A stretch of DNA of 64,000 nucleotides from Octopus vulgaris (taxonomy: Eukaryota): positions 15,996,001-16,060,000 of the forward strand of contig OX597833.1 in the NCBI GenBank assembly GCA_951406725.2, read 5' to 3'. Positions 26,918 to 40,078 of the stretch are shown piece after piece (within the stretch, counting starts at the first letter, position 1; every line of letters starts with the position of its first letter). Below the pieces are notes generated by a model. It worked only from the letters and a program-made list of their open reading frames with translations, ran no database searches and was not told the DNA's origin. A program made the translations under genes and the position numbers.

Positions 26918-27150
26918 ATTTCTTTATTACCCACAAAGGGCTAAACACAGAGGGGACAAACAACGACAGACATAGGTATTAAGTCGATAACATCGACCCC
27001 AGTGCGTAACTGGTACTTAATTTATCGACCCCGAAAGGATGAAAGGCAAAGTCGACCTGTGCGGAATTTGAACTCAGAACGTAAGAGCAGACGAAATACC
27101 GCTAAGCATTTCGCCCGGCGTGCTAACGTTTCTGCCAGCTCACCACCATC
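26918..27150 (-). mobile_element. Group C SINE
   Basis: Consensus match. Confidence 0.85.
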
Positions 27151-27597
27151 AGGCAGAAAACACAAAATATTCAAAAAAATTACAAATTCAACACAGCTAA
27201 CTCACCAGCCCAACCGCATTCCACAACACTCGTGCCTACCCTTATCACAATAAATATGTGGGACCACATGCTCACGCGATATCTTTTATTACTATCTCCA
27301 GTATGGGGCTTGTGAGCGCCAAAGACATACATGATGAAAGGATGTTCTCTCTATCCAATAACGTCAATGATAGCAGTCTGTTCAATCTCAGGCGTCTACA
27401 TCACACACTCTCGGTCACAGAGGTAGCTCATCTGTCGACTACCTTTCGCCAAAAGTAGCAATCTAGTTACCTTTAACGTGTATATACTGCATACTCATAT
27501 TCATACTTATGCGTCCATCCAACGGAAAACACCACCTGGGAGTCAGATTCGAAAAGAATTTCTCAAATAGCGTAGTTGTCAGTAAGATATATTATCC

Positions 27598-28013
27598 TAT
27601 TTTTTTATTGCCCACAAGGGGCTAAACATAGAGGGGACAAACAAGGACAGACAAGTGTATTAAGTCAATTACATCGACCCCAGTGCGTAACTGGTACTTA
27701 ATTTATCAACCCCGAAATGATGAAAGGAAAAGTCGACCTCAGCGGAATTTGAACTCAGAACGTAACGGCAGACGAAATAACTATTTCTTTATTACCCACA
27801 AGGGGCTAAACACAGAGGGGACAAGCAAGGACAGACATAGGTATTAAGTCGATTACATCGACCCCAGTGCGTAACTGGTACTTAATTTATCGACCCCGAA
27901 AGGATGGAAGACAAAGTCGACCTTGGCAGAATTTGAACTCAGAACGTAACGGCAGACGAAATACCGCTAAGCATTTCGCCCGACGTGCTAACGATTCTGC
28001 CAGCTCGCCGCCT
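27598..28013 (-). mobile_element. Group C SINE dimer
   Basis: One head plus one extra unit of about 184 bp. Flanking repeat cagtaagatatattatcct. Confidence 0.85.
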
Positions 28014-28167
28014 TAAGATATATTGCCAGTAAGATATATTATCCTGTCTGTATTGCCACCAACAAGAGGCAGAGAAGACAATCCACCTGTTTACGCTATC
28101 TTGTGTGCCTGATTTTGATTGCTGTGAAAATTTAGAATGACGTTGACAAAGGCGCAGGAGTGGCTAT

Positions 28168-28333
28168 AGGCGCAGGAGTGGCTGTGTGGTAAGTAGCTTG
28201 CTAAACAACCACATGGTTCCGGGTTCAGTCTCACTGCGTGGCATCTTGGGCAAGTGTCTTCTGCTATAGCCCCGGGCCGACCAATGCCTTGTGAGTGGAT
28301 TTGGTAGACGGAAACTGAAAGAAGCCTGTCGTA

Positions 28334-28398
<65 letters not shown>

Positions 28399-28612
28399 TT
28401 GTGTGTCTGTGTTTGTCCCCCTAGCATTGCTTGACAACCGATGCTGGTGTGTTTACGTCCCTATCACTTAGCGGTTTGGCAAAAGAGACCGATAGAATAA
28501 GTACTGGGCTTACAAAGAATAAGTCCCGGGGTCGATTTGCTCGACTAAAGGCGGTGCTCCAGCATGGCCGCAGTCAAATGACTGAAACAAGTAAAAGAGT
28601 AAAAAGAGTAAA
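28168..28612 (+). mobile_element. Full-length group B SINE
   Basis: ggcgcaggagtggctgtgtggt..ggttcagtc head, CORE-like cttgggcaagtgtctt, internal (TA)n(TG)n, tail (gtaaaaga)n. Confidence 0.9.
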
Positions 28613-28853
28613 GGATTGGCGAAAGCAAATACTGCAGTCAGTAAACTGTGTATTAGAAGTATCTAAAACGGGTAATCACATAAGCACATGAGAATAAGAA
28701 CCAGGGGACAGTGTGTGCAAAAACCGTTATACTGAGCGTCCTCCAGTACGTTTCAAAGTCGTTAGCTAACTGAGGCTACCATTTACGACCACTTTATTGC
28801 TTACACCAGCGCTGTTTCTGCACTATACTCAACACCTACTAGAGCGACTAGGT

Positions 28854-29051
28854 CAGTGGTTCCAAAACTATGAGTCACGACCAACAGATGGGTCGCGAAC
28901 GGAATCTTAGTGGGTCGAAAAGAGTTATGAAATTACGCATTAGCTTTGATTAACTGCTGTCTATCGAGATAGTTCAAGACGTATAAGTGGGTCGTCATAA
29001 ACTGGTGTGATAAATAGTGGGTCGCGACTCTAAAAATTTTGGGAACCACTG
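28854..29051. mobile_element. hAT-family MITE, 198 bp
   Basis: TIRs cagtggttccaaaa / tttgggaaccactg. Perfect 8-bp TSD gactaggt (28846-28853, 29052-29059). Confidence 0.9.
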
Positions 29052-29115
29052 GACTAGGTTACCATCTTTGAAATCTTCAAACTGGCGGAGCTCACGAGAA
29101 TGAAATCCATATACT

Positions 29116-29714
29116 TATTTCTTTATTACCCACAAGGGGCTAAACACAGAGGGGACAAACAAGGACAGACATAGGTATTAAGTCGATTACATCGACCCCA
29201 GTGCGTAACTGGTACTTAATTTATCGACCCCGAAAGGATGAAAGGCAAAGTCGACCTCGGCGGAATTTGAACTCGCAACGTAACGGCAGACGAAATACCT
29301 ATTTCTTTATTACCCACAAGGGACTAAACACAGAGGGGACAAACAAGGACAGACATAGGTATTAATTCGATTACATCGATCCCAGTGCGTAACTGGTACT
29401 TAATTTATCGACCCCGAAAGGATGAAAGGCAAAGTCGACCTCGGCGGAATTTGAACTCGCAACGTAACGGCAGACGAAATACCTGTTTCTTTACTACCCA
29501 CAAGGGGCTTAACACAGAGAGGACAAACAAGGACAGACAAACGGATTAAATCGATTATATCGACCCCAGTGCGTAACTGGTACTTATTTAATCGACCCCG
29601 AAAGGATGAAAGGCAAAGTCGACCGCGGCGGAATTTGAACTCAGAACATAGCGGCAGACGAAATACCGCTAAGCATTTCGCCCGGCGTGCTAACGTTTCT
29701 GCCAGCTCGCCGCC
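29116..29714 (-). mobile_element. Group C SINE trimer
   Basis: Three units. TSD tgaaatccatatact on both sides. Confidence 0.9.
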
Positions 29715-30171
29715 CTTTGAAATCCATATACTGTTTAATTTACAGCAGTGTTCTGCTTCCTTGTCATCTAATTACAACACACACCCATAGGCTATGTACA
29801 ACTAATTACAACACTAAATACCTCCTTGATCAAGGCCACATTGCCGCTCGAAGTTGCTCTAGTTTACAAACTACCACTGGTAATGATTATGTTTGATCTT
29901 TGAGCTGCGAGAACCTGAAACAAGCTGAGAGTGACTGAAACAACGTCTATACATTTTCCATTAATATCCTTCAAATAGCCACAATAGTGAACCCTAAGAC
30001 CTCAGTGTTTCAATCGTAGTTGTTGTAAATTATTTCAGATCCAGAAAGGGCCTACAGTGTTTGAAAAACATCACCCATTCTTCAAGGTAAGGAGGTTTAC
30101 CCAAAACTACGGCTCAAATAGAATTAGCAGCTGAACCATAAATGATGCATTTTTTGTCTGTCAAATACCGC

Positions 30172-30503
30172 AGGGCGCGTGGCTCAGTGATTAGAGCTTA
30201 GAGCTTACGATCGTGAGGTTGTGAGTTCGATTCCTGGACCGGGCTACGTGTTGTGTTCTTCAGCAAGACACTTTATTTCATGTTTCTCCACTTAACTCAG
30301 CTGTAGAAATGAGCTGCGACATCACTGGTGCCAAGTTACATCCGACTTTGGCTTTCCCTTGGATAACATCCGTGGCGTGGAGAAGGGAAGCCAGTATGCA
30401 TGGGCGACTGCTAGCCTTCCACAAACAATCTTACCCTGACTTGTGCCTCGGAGGGTAACTTTCAAGGTGCAATCCCATGGTCAATCATGACCGAAGGAGG
30501 TCT
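30172..30503 (+). mobile_element. Group D SINE (tRNA head, V-SINE-like block)
   Basis: gtggctcagtgattag..gagttcgattcc..gttgtgttcttcagcaagacac. Homolog at 37154-37483. Confidence 0.8.
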
Positions 30504-30616
30504 TCTCCTCCTCCTATCCTCAAGCAGTATGTCGCTGAGCAATCTGCTAAATTACCAACTTCATCAGTATTTCACTTTTATCTCTCTCCGTGCAGGAATT
30601 TCATTCCTAATAAATG

Positions 30617-31148
30617 TGTAAAGGGAACTGGTTGCTTCTTTACACTTTTGGGGTGCAACTTGGGTGCAACACAATTTCCTTTCTTTTTGTTTCTAGAAAC
30701 TACCAGTCAGTAACAAAACGCAACTTTAAAAATATATGCGATTCTTTATTCTCTTATTCAACAATGAAACACGATGGTATACTGGTATCCACCTAGTTCA
30801 ACACAGCAAGGCTGAATTCTAACGTTTGTAAGTTTCTTACAACAATTCAGCAGCAACAGAACAGGTCAAATCTTAAGCGTCTGGGACAGGAGAATAGGCT
30901 GATCACACGTTTAAAAATACGTCCTTTCTCTTCTATCACCGTGTTTCAAGTCGACAACGCTATTAAGGAACGCGATAGAATTTCTTTCCCAGTCTCTAGC
31001 GCATGTGCAAGAGGGAACTTCCTTATGCCTTCCCAGAAGGTTCCAGGAGGTTCCAACCTCGCACACGCACACTGAAGAAGGACGTTCCGCACACACACAC
31101 TGAAGAATGACGTTGCGTGTGCGCACATTGGAATATGACGTCACTACA
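30617..31148 (-). mobile_element. Solo LTR, probably Ty3/gypsy type
   Basis: Termini TGTA...TACA. 4-bp TSD aatg (30613-30616, 31149-31152). AATAAA on the minus strand near 30745. Confidence 0.75.
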
Positions 31149-31363
31149 AATGCAAACCTTGTGATGTTATCAACAATCGCTTTATTTTACACTCACTACA
31201 ATATCTGAAACGTAATTGGGTTAGTCATTATCAAAGCGCTTCATCTATGTTTCTTCTGTCTCACCTACCATGGTCTACGTTCCTCAGAGCAACGATTGAT
31301 GTCGGGTAAACCAACAGAGCTATTCTCAGCCGACTCATCACTTTCTTTACGTCAACACTTTTC

Positions 31364-31813
31364 AGGGATCTTTTCGGTTTGAACGGCAGTTTTTTCTAGC
31401 GGTGTCAAATGAAATTGTCACCCATAATTATGACCCTAGTATCGATCTATTGCATTTCAATCTGTTTTAGGGTTAGGGTTATTTAGGGTTAGGGTTAAGG
31501 TTAGGGTTAGAGTTAGGGTTAGGGGTGGAGGGAAGGGTATCTTTTTTACTTCACAAATGTAAATAAACCTAATCTGTTTCTTAAACGAGGGATATATTCA
31601 CACGGCACATAATGTTTTTTTTTACCTCAATAGACGTCAGTGATTGGTTGAAATTGCAGAAATTGGAGAAAAAAAAACAACAAATATCTTACAAACTATA
31701 GAATTTTCTCAATAAAACTAAGAGAAAAAGATGTTTTATAAACACATTCTACCAGTATACGAAGTTTAATATTTTTTAGATACCTAGAAATTATGTTAAA
31801 ATCTGCCGTTCAG
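31364..31813. mobile_element. MITE-like element with internal (TTAGGG)n
   Basis: 5' tgaacggcagtttt versus 3' aaaatctgccgttca (truncated TIR). Telomere-like hexamers at about 31467-31525. Confidence 0.65.
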
Positions 31814-32917
31814 AAGCTTAGTCATTAGTTAACCTTCTATTTGATCTCAGATGGTTTCATGTAGATTTAACATAATGACTCACCTCGCTTATAAACCGGC
31901 CTCCCATCAGTATAGACGAGTGTTCAGGCACCTCTTATAGAAATAGTTTATAATCTTAACTGTAAACACGTGACAGGCCTGTAGCTATTTCATTTAATTT
32001 TTTTGTGTTCTTTTCTCACAATCTAGAGATTTCCTTTTTTTCTTTCCATTCATGCTGTCACATCTGATGCAAGACATCGAGAAAGATATTTTATCGTGTG
32101 GTAATACATAATGGCGAAGTTTTAATACTAGAAATTCAGTGGTTTGGTCTTGAAGTCTTCCAGTTTGATATTTTTCTTTATTCCTCCTGTTATTTACTTC
32201 TACACATTATTTTTCACAAAATAGATTTGATCCCGCTGTGCTTCGTTTCGTATTGGAACTCTGTCACCATTATCTCTATCCAATCAGTATACCTTTTATA
32301 ATTTCAGCTTCTTTCCACCCACTGTGTGACTACTATTGTTTTGATCTAGCGGTATACACAATTACTTGCTTATTTTCACTAACTTCTACAAACTTCTTTG
32401 TTGTTTTCAAACTTCAAAAAGCATTCTGTTTTTATGTATACTTATCCACTAGTAAGCAACACTTCTTATTTTCTTTCTCTTTCAGCAACAATTTGTATTT
32501 TGTTTATAATCTATTATAAACATTGCTCTTTTTTTATTCAATACTTAAGAAACTTTCTTGAGTAGCCAAGTTATATTTTATTTATCATTCTGTTACTTTA
32601 TTCATTTATTTTCTCTTATATATCACTTTCTGTTATTTATTTTATCATCATCATCAGTATCTTCCCCGTTATTTTTATTTGTAGTTTGTCATTCTTTTAA
32701 TAGATCTTTTGTGCTTTCTTTTCCTTTATTATTAAACACAACTCTATCGTGTATTTCATTTCATTTTGATGTAGTTTCAAATTTTACTAAGAGTAGTTAA
32801 CAATACTATCATCTGAATATCCCTGATGCTCTGTTTAATGTTTGATATCGGCTGTAAATTAAAAGAGATGAAGACAATTATTTCCCTTAATGTATTTATA
32901 ATTATGTCTTTTATTAT

Positions 32918-33272
32918 ATTTACCCTGTGCGCGTAAGCGAAAGCAGAGTATTGTAGTCGCTCGTCTTAGATTGCTTGTCTGTGTGTTTATAAAATTATTG
33001 GAAAACGGCTGAACAGATTTTCGCTAAATTTGGCAAAAATACTTACTGGGTAAGTGGCTCAAAACCATTAAACTTTGGTTTGATTATCTTTAAAACTGTC
33101 GAACTGGTGAATAAAAATGTGTATTGTTTCTTTGTTACATATGCATAAACGATAAGCAGGGGAAATAACTCTTGATGTCTTTTTTTTAATATGAATTCGT
33201 CCGAGAATATATTTATTAAATCAAATTTTATTTTATTCTTGCGAACAGGGTATACATCACCCCTCCGATACC
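32918..33272 (+). mobile_element. Helentron/DINE-1-like non-autonomous element
   Basis: 5' subTIR taccctgtgcgc with adjacent partial inverted copy, 3' subTIR gcgaacagggta, T-rich flanks. Confidence 0.55.
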
Positions 33273-34612
33273 TTTTTTTTTTTTCATCACTTAGGTTTTT
33301 TATATCTATTAATCAACGGTTTCTTTTAGCTTCCAATCCTAACATTTGAGATATCTATATTTTCTTGTGTTTAAGTTTCTATTGTACATATACATTGATG
33401 TTAAAATAAACAGAAGCAAATAGTGTTTTCTTGGAATGCTCTTTTTCAAGGACTTGTACCTCAGAAATAATACGTCAACGCTGATGGTGAAAAATCAGAT
33501 CTTTATTAGCCATTCAATAACAATTCCACAAGCTGCTACTTTCGCCATTTATAACAGCAGCAGTGAGAAAATTATACACTTAAACATCTGATACACTCAC
33601 TTCATAATATCTGTACATTTTACTTCAGGCAGCATGGCTTTGTTTTAAACAGAATTATCTTTCCTTTTTTTTCTCTTTCGCACATCCCATACTCCATTCA
33701 GAATGTTTTCTCGTCAGTTCTTCCCTTGTTGAATACATTTTTGCCTTATATAAATCGATTGGGAAAGCTCTTTCATAATTTATAAGCAAACAATTGGCCA
33801 CAAGGTTTCAATGAAATGGTTGTTATCACTTCTGGCGATGTTATACTCTTGATACTGCGAAACCAGTTCGTTTTTATCAATTGTCAGTATTTGTTGAATC
33901 GTAGAAAGTTATCAAATGTCAGAAGGGTAGGGTAAAATCTTATTAATATATTCAAGACGAAGAAATGAATTTCAATATAGAACGAGGCTTCAGTGTTGTA
34001 CATGAATTAAATTTAAATATCTTTTCACAGGTAAAATAATCAGTTGAGCTACGGCTTATGGCGCAGGCGTTAAAGTGAAAGAGAACCCTATCTGTCAATG
34101 ACAGAATATAAATATATAAAAGGCAACATGCTCCTGTCAACTATGAGATAATCCAGCCGCTCTGTCAGTATGACATTGTAAACGTGAGATAATGTAGAAA
34201 TAAATTATGACTTGCACAGAGGCACAAATACACACTTACTAAACGGTGCAATGACAAAAGCAAGTAACTAACTGGTTCTCCGTCAGTTACGACGACGAGT
34301 GCTCCAGTTGATCAGATTAACTCAACAACCTGCGTGTGAAATTAACGTGCAAGTGGCTGAGCAGTCCACAGATACTCATATCTTTAACGTAGTTTGTAGG
34401 GAGTCTAGGTAGTGGGTAGTGGTTTTCTTCACTACTTCGGGGAGTGATGACCCTGCCTGACACGAGTCCCGGGCTCAGCTGGCTCCGGCTGACAGTACCC
34501 AGTATGGGCCCCTATCCAGGATTACGCAAAGGAGACAACATGCAAAGAAATCCGGCGTGGAGCCCCGCAGGTGGTTTAGCGTTCGACTTGACACTCTTCC
34601 AGCAGCTTCTGC

Positions 34613-35008
34613 AGTGGAGGCGCAATGGCCCAGTGGTTAGGGCAGCGGACTCGCGGTCGGAGGATCGTGGTTTCGATTCCCAGATCGCGCGTTGTGTGTG
34701 TGTTTATTGAGCGAAAACACCTAAAGCTCCACGAGGCTCCGGCAGGGGGTGGGGGTGGCGACCCCTGTTGTACTCTTTCGCTCCAACTTTCTCTCACCCT
34801 TTCTTCCTGTCTCTTGTCCCCGACTTCCTACGCAACCGCTGAGCCTGGATGCGCATTCATCCATCCGTCGATGCTCTCGGTGTCTGGGGTTGACTTGCTT
34901 TCTTTTCTGCGGGTCTTACGAAAAGCAAAGGGCCACGTTTCGTACTTCTCCCACTACAGACGGGACGATGACCGCTTCGCTCAACAAACAAACAAACAAA
35001 CAAACAAG
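34613..35008 (+). mobile_element. Group A SINE with a different 3' body and (CAAA)n tail
   Basis: Group A head, then unrelated sequence after about 34812. Flanks agcagc(t)tctgca / agcagctcctgca are TSD-like. Confidence 0.75.
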
Positions 35009-35189
35009 CAGCTCCTGCAACCAAGCTGGTGCCAAACGTAATGCTCTGCACTCCTTTGGACTACGTCAGCAAGGTCAAGAGAAGAATCCTGACGATTAGG
35101 CTACCCAGGATTTTCTTACATCTAGCCCAGGCCTGCGCAAAACCGGAGAGGAAACTGGAGAGGACATGAAATGTAAAACCCAGACTGGA

Positions 35190-35432
35190 TTAGTTTATGT
35201 GCAACTCCATTGTCTCCCGAGACATAAGGATGCCAACAATTTCGCAGGGAGATTCACCGTGACACAGAATGTGAAAAACCTGGCCCTTCGAAATACAGGT
35301 ACAACTCATTTTCGCTAGCTGAGGGGACTGGAGCAAAGTCATACTCAAGTGACACAACGCACCGCCGGGAATCGAACTCGGGACCGCACAATCGTGAACC
35401 GAACACCCTAACCACTGAGCCACGCGCCTTTA
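35190..35432 (-). mobile_element. Degenerate tRNA-SINE (D-like head, A2-like body)
   Basis: Reverse strand ggcgcgtggctcagtggttagg..gagttcgattcc. Confidence 0.7.
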
Positions 35433-35484
35433 CACACAAAAACAGATAGGGGATAAAAAAACTTAATGAAAATGTACGCGAGCA

Positions 35485-36115
35485 TGGTTGTTTGAATAAG
35501 AGATTCGCTTTGCTTCCTCGTAGTCTCGGCTTGCGCCTTACTGCGCCACACCTTGGGCAAATACGTCCTACTACAGCCCCGAGAATATTAATGCTTTATG
35601 TGGGAATTTGGTAGGCAGAAACTGTGTAAGGCGGCGAGCTGGCAGAAACGTTAGCCCGGCGGGCGAAATGCTGAGCAGTATTTCGTCTGCCGCTACGTTC
35701 TGAGGTTGACTTTGCCTTTCATCCTTTCGGGGTCGATTAAATAAGTACCAGTTATGCACTAGGGTCGATATAATCGACTTAATCCGTTTCTCTGTCCTTG
35801 TTTGTCCTCTTTGTGTTTAGCCCCTTGTGAGTAGTAAAGAAATAAGAAACTATGTGAAAGCCAGTCGTATATATGAGTCTGTATGTTCTTGTGCGTGTAG
35901 TTGTGCCTTTGTGTTTGCCTTCATAACATCACTTGACAACCGGAGTTGGTTTGTTTGCGTATTCGTAATTTAATGGATCGCTCAAAGAGGCCGAGAGAAT
36001 AAGTAACATATTTTAAAATGTACTATGTGGGGGAGAGGGTGTTGTTCGACTAAACACTTTAAGGTGGTGCCCCAGCAGGGTCGCTTTCTAATAAATGAAA
36101 CAAGTAAAAGGTAAA
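35485..36115 (+). mobile_element. Old group B SINE with nested group C SINE (35630-35845)
   Basis: ccttgggcaa..gaaactgtg | group C copy | gaaactatgtgaaagcc..ggtgccccagc..aacaagtaaaag. Confidence 0.75.
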
Positions 36116-36302
36116 ATATCGAGGGTAGCGGCAGTGATGGCTGATTGATTCAAGAGGTTTGCCTACCTACCGCAGGGTTTTGGTTTCAATCCCACCGCTC
36201 AGATTTTGAGGTATGTAACCTCTTAACGTATTGAGTAAAATCTGACAGACAGAATTTGTACAGAAGTGTTCATACTTATGAGAATGTAGGTGTGAGTTTG
36301 TA

Positions 36303-36342
<40 letters not shown>

Positions 36343-36907
36343 TATGTGTATGAGTGTGTCTGTGTGCTTGTGTGTGTGTGTTTGTGTGTTTGTGCGTGTT
36401 TGTGCGTCTGTGTGTTTTTGGGTGTGTGAATTTATTTGTGTGTATGTTTGTGCGTGTGTATGTATGTGTTTGTGTGTATTTGTGTGTATGAGTATGCGTG
36501 TGTATGTCTCTGTGTCTGTGCGTTTACAATGATTATGTTCTTCTTTTTATATATGTGTCGTGTCTGAGCAGTTCGACAATTAGTATTCAATATAATAAGT
36601 ACAGAGCTGAAAATAAAGATGGGGCATAGAGTCGTTCCAGCATGACCGGCCACAGATTAATAAGTGAAAGATTACAAAAATATGAAGCCACGCCTTAGAC
36701 TGATTTAGTGTTTAGCCAACCAGTTCAGATAAATAAAATCGGATAGAAAAGAAAAGAATACTGAATGATATGAAGAAAGCAGACGACGGGATCAAAGCTG
36801 GAAACACAATATGAATGACGAGGGAAAAGAAGACATCAAGAGAAAAGATAAAGATTGGTTTTGAACTGAATTGAGAATACGATATGCTATGCACGATGCA
36901 TTCAACT

Positions 36908-36910
36908 GTT

Positions 36911-36968
<58 letters not shown>

Positions 36969-36972
36969 AAAA

Positions 36973-37007
<35 letters not shown>

Positions 37008-37108
37008 TAGTTGTAGTAGTAGCAGCAGCAGCAGCAGAGGCAACAGCAGTGGTGGTGGTAGTGATGACGGAGGAGGTGGCAGAAGTGGTGGTGGTGGTGG
37101 TGGTGGCG

Positions 37109-37150
<42 letters not shown>
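36908..37150. repeat. Compound (GTA)n/(GCA)n/(GTG)n trinucleotide array
   Basis: Seen directly. Confidence 0.95.
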
Positions 37151-37153
37151 TAA

Positions 37154-37482
37154 AGGTGCATGGCTCAGTGATTAGAGCGTCGAGCTTACGATTGTGAGCT
37201 TGTGAGTTCGATTCCCGGACCGGACCGGGCTGCGGGTTGTGTTCTTGAGCAAGACACTTTATTTCATGTTACTCCAGTTCACTCAGCTGTAGAAATGAGT
37301 TGTGACGTCACATATGCCAAGCTGTATCAGCCTTTGCCTTGCCATTGGGATAACATCGGTGGCATTGAGAAGGGAGAGTTGTATATATGAGCGACTGTTG
37401 GTCTTCCATAAATAACCCGGCCAGGATTTGTGCTCGGTGGGTAACTTTCTAGGTGCAATCCCATGGCCATTCATGTCCGAAG

Positions 37483-37483
<1 letters not shown>
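37154..37483 (+). mobile_element. Group D SINE
   Basis: Homologous to 30172-30503. Confidence 0.8.
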
Positions 37484-37513
<30 letters not shown>

Positions 37514-37896
37514 GAAGTGATGAGTTATTCTCACCATCGTCGTAATTTTTTTAGATAAATTTCTCAGGTAATGGTAGAGAAAGGAGTGTGGTGTATGAAA
37601 GTCCAGTCATTTTGGTAGACCAGTTATTTACTTTCTAGATGATATCACAAGTTGAACTCGTCATTGCAACATATTTTTCGTTAGTTTTACATTGTTTGTC
37701 ACAGAAGACAGTCTTTTTTTTTTTATTTATTTATTTAAGACAAGACATTGAGGGAGGCAGACAGAAAGACAGAATTGACTTAAGACTTGTGTGAAAAGCA
37801 ATTTTTCCAAGTTTAGTTAGTACAAATATATCTGACACATTTCTATGCTTTTTATTAGCTGAAAATGTTGTTAATTAAGACAGCTATTTCTTAGTG

Positions 37897-38164
37897 TGTG
37901 GAGGTGCGTGGCTTAGTGGTTAGGGTGTCAGCATCATGATCCTAAGATTCTGGTTTCGATTCCTGGACCGGGCGACGCGTTGTGTTCTTGAGCAAAACAC
38001 TTCATTTCACGTTACTCCAGGCTTATAGGCCCGGTTTCCCGGTTTCAATGGCGTGTGCGTGCCCCAGCTGGACAGTACGTCAGTCCATTGCAGTGTTACT
38101 CATTTTTGCCAGCTGAGTGGACTGGAACAATGTGAAATGAAGTGTTTTGCTCAAGAACACAACG
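37897..38164 (+). mobile_element. Two fused, oppositely oriented D-like SINE pieces
   Basis: tRNA head at 37897. 37979-38020 is inverted at 38122-38164. Confidence 0.7.
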
Positions 38165-40078
38165 ACTATAAAAAGGCGTTCGATAGTGTACCTCATGGAT
38201 TCTAAAAGTGATGGAAGTATACAAAGTATCCCCAACTCTCATCAAGTTTATGAAACAGCATGAATACATGGGAAACTACGTTGACACTGAACCATTCCAG
38301 TAGATCAATAACAAGCAGACCAATCAAAATCGAAAGTGGTATCTTCCAAGGGGACTCGCCGTCACCCTTAATATTCTGCTTGGCACTGGCACCATTAAGT
38401 ACCATGCTCAACTAAACCGAGTATGGATATGAGATCAAGAAGAAAAAAGGGAGTCATCTGTTCTACATGGATGATCTGAAAATGTACACAAAAAAAAATG
38501 ACGAACAACAAGGTCTACTTTCTACGGTTAAAAAGTTCGGTGAAGATATCAGGATGTAGTTTGGACTGGAGAAATGCGCGAAAGCCACTTTCATAAGAGG
38601 GAAACTGGCATGTTCTGCGGATATCCAAGTAGATAAAGAAGCAAGAATCCAGCACTGGACCAGGAAGAAGCATATAAATACCTTGGCAGAGACGAAAAGT
38701 AACGGCATAAAGCATTCAGCAATGAAAGAGAAGATTAGAAAAGAGTACTACAGGAGAGTACGGTTAGTAACAAAGACTGAACTCAACGCTACAAACAAAA
38801 TAGAAGCTATTAACACTCTTGCAGTACCAATCGTAGCTTACAGTTTCAACATACTCAACTGGCAAATGAGCGTAATAAAGAAGCTAGACTCCAGGACCAG
38901 AAAACTACTAACCATGGCTCGAATGAACCACACAACAGCGGACGCGAACAGGATTTATTTACCGAGAAGCATGGGAGGAAGAGGACTAACTCAATTAGAA
39001 TTATCTTACAAAACCACCTCTGTAGGATTAAATACATGTCTTGAGCTGTCAAAAGATCCTCTAATGAAGCTTGTGCACCAGCATGATAAAGTAAAGAAGC
39101 TATACTTGATATACAAAGAATCTGTACAGTTAAAGAAATAACTGATGACAGAGGAACCTAGGATGAAGATGAGTGAGAAAGTAACCCAGTTTGCTAAAGG
39201 AGTTAAGGAAGAGGTGAAAAAACAAGCCCAGAAGTACAAAGAAGAATGGCTAGAAAAACCGATGCATGGCCGATACACATGTAGAGTGAACAAACCAGAC
39301 GTAGAAAAACGAGACATTCCTGTATGGATGAAGAGCTCAGGACTGAAGGTTGAAACCGAAGGATTTATCATAGAAGCACAAGATCAAAGCTTGGCAACCA
39401 GAGCTTACCACAACAAAATAATGAACGAAGGCACTGACCCGAAATGCAGAATGTGTCATGAGAAGGATGAAACAGCGGACCACATCTTAACTGGATGCGC
39501 AGCGCTTGCAAAAACCGAATATATTCATAGACACGATAGAGTAGTGCAATATATCCATTGGAAGATATGTAAACACTACCAGCTTCCAACTTCAGAAAGA
39601 TGGTACCAGCATAAACCTGAACCTGTGACCGGAAAAGATGATGTAACAGTACTCTGGAACATGCCAATCAACAGCGATAAAGAAATCAAAGCAAACAGGC
39701 CGGACATAGTCATCAAAGATATGAAGAATAAGAAATGCTTAATGATAGATGTGACAGTATCATCAGAGAGAAATTAAAGAAGTTGAGAAGTTATTTAAGT
39801 ACAAAGACCTAGAAGTAGAAGTGACCAAGATGTGGGGAATGAAAGCAGCACAGCACCAGTGGTGATTGGAGCGTTAGGGCTAATTAAAAAGGGCCTTGAT
39901 AAGCAGCTCAACAAACTCCCTTGCAGTGTTAACGTGGGAGAACTTCAGAAAATAGTGTTGCTAGGTTCCGCACACATTTTACACCGTGTAGTCTCCATGA
40001 GATGAGGACCTGCTGTAACCCTAGGGACAAGGGATGACCCCGGTTCAGCAGAAGACAACGGACCATCTTTTATTTTAA

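Noticed and set aside
31467-31525. True telomere or chromosome fusion site
   Set aside because: Short, degenerate, single orientation, and inside a TIR-like element.
36712-37197. Poly-Thr/Ser/Val/Leu ORFs resembling mucins; also the poly-Leu/Tyr ORF at 53623
   Set aside because: Trinucleotide microsatellites with no splice or homology support.
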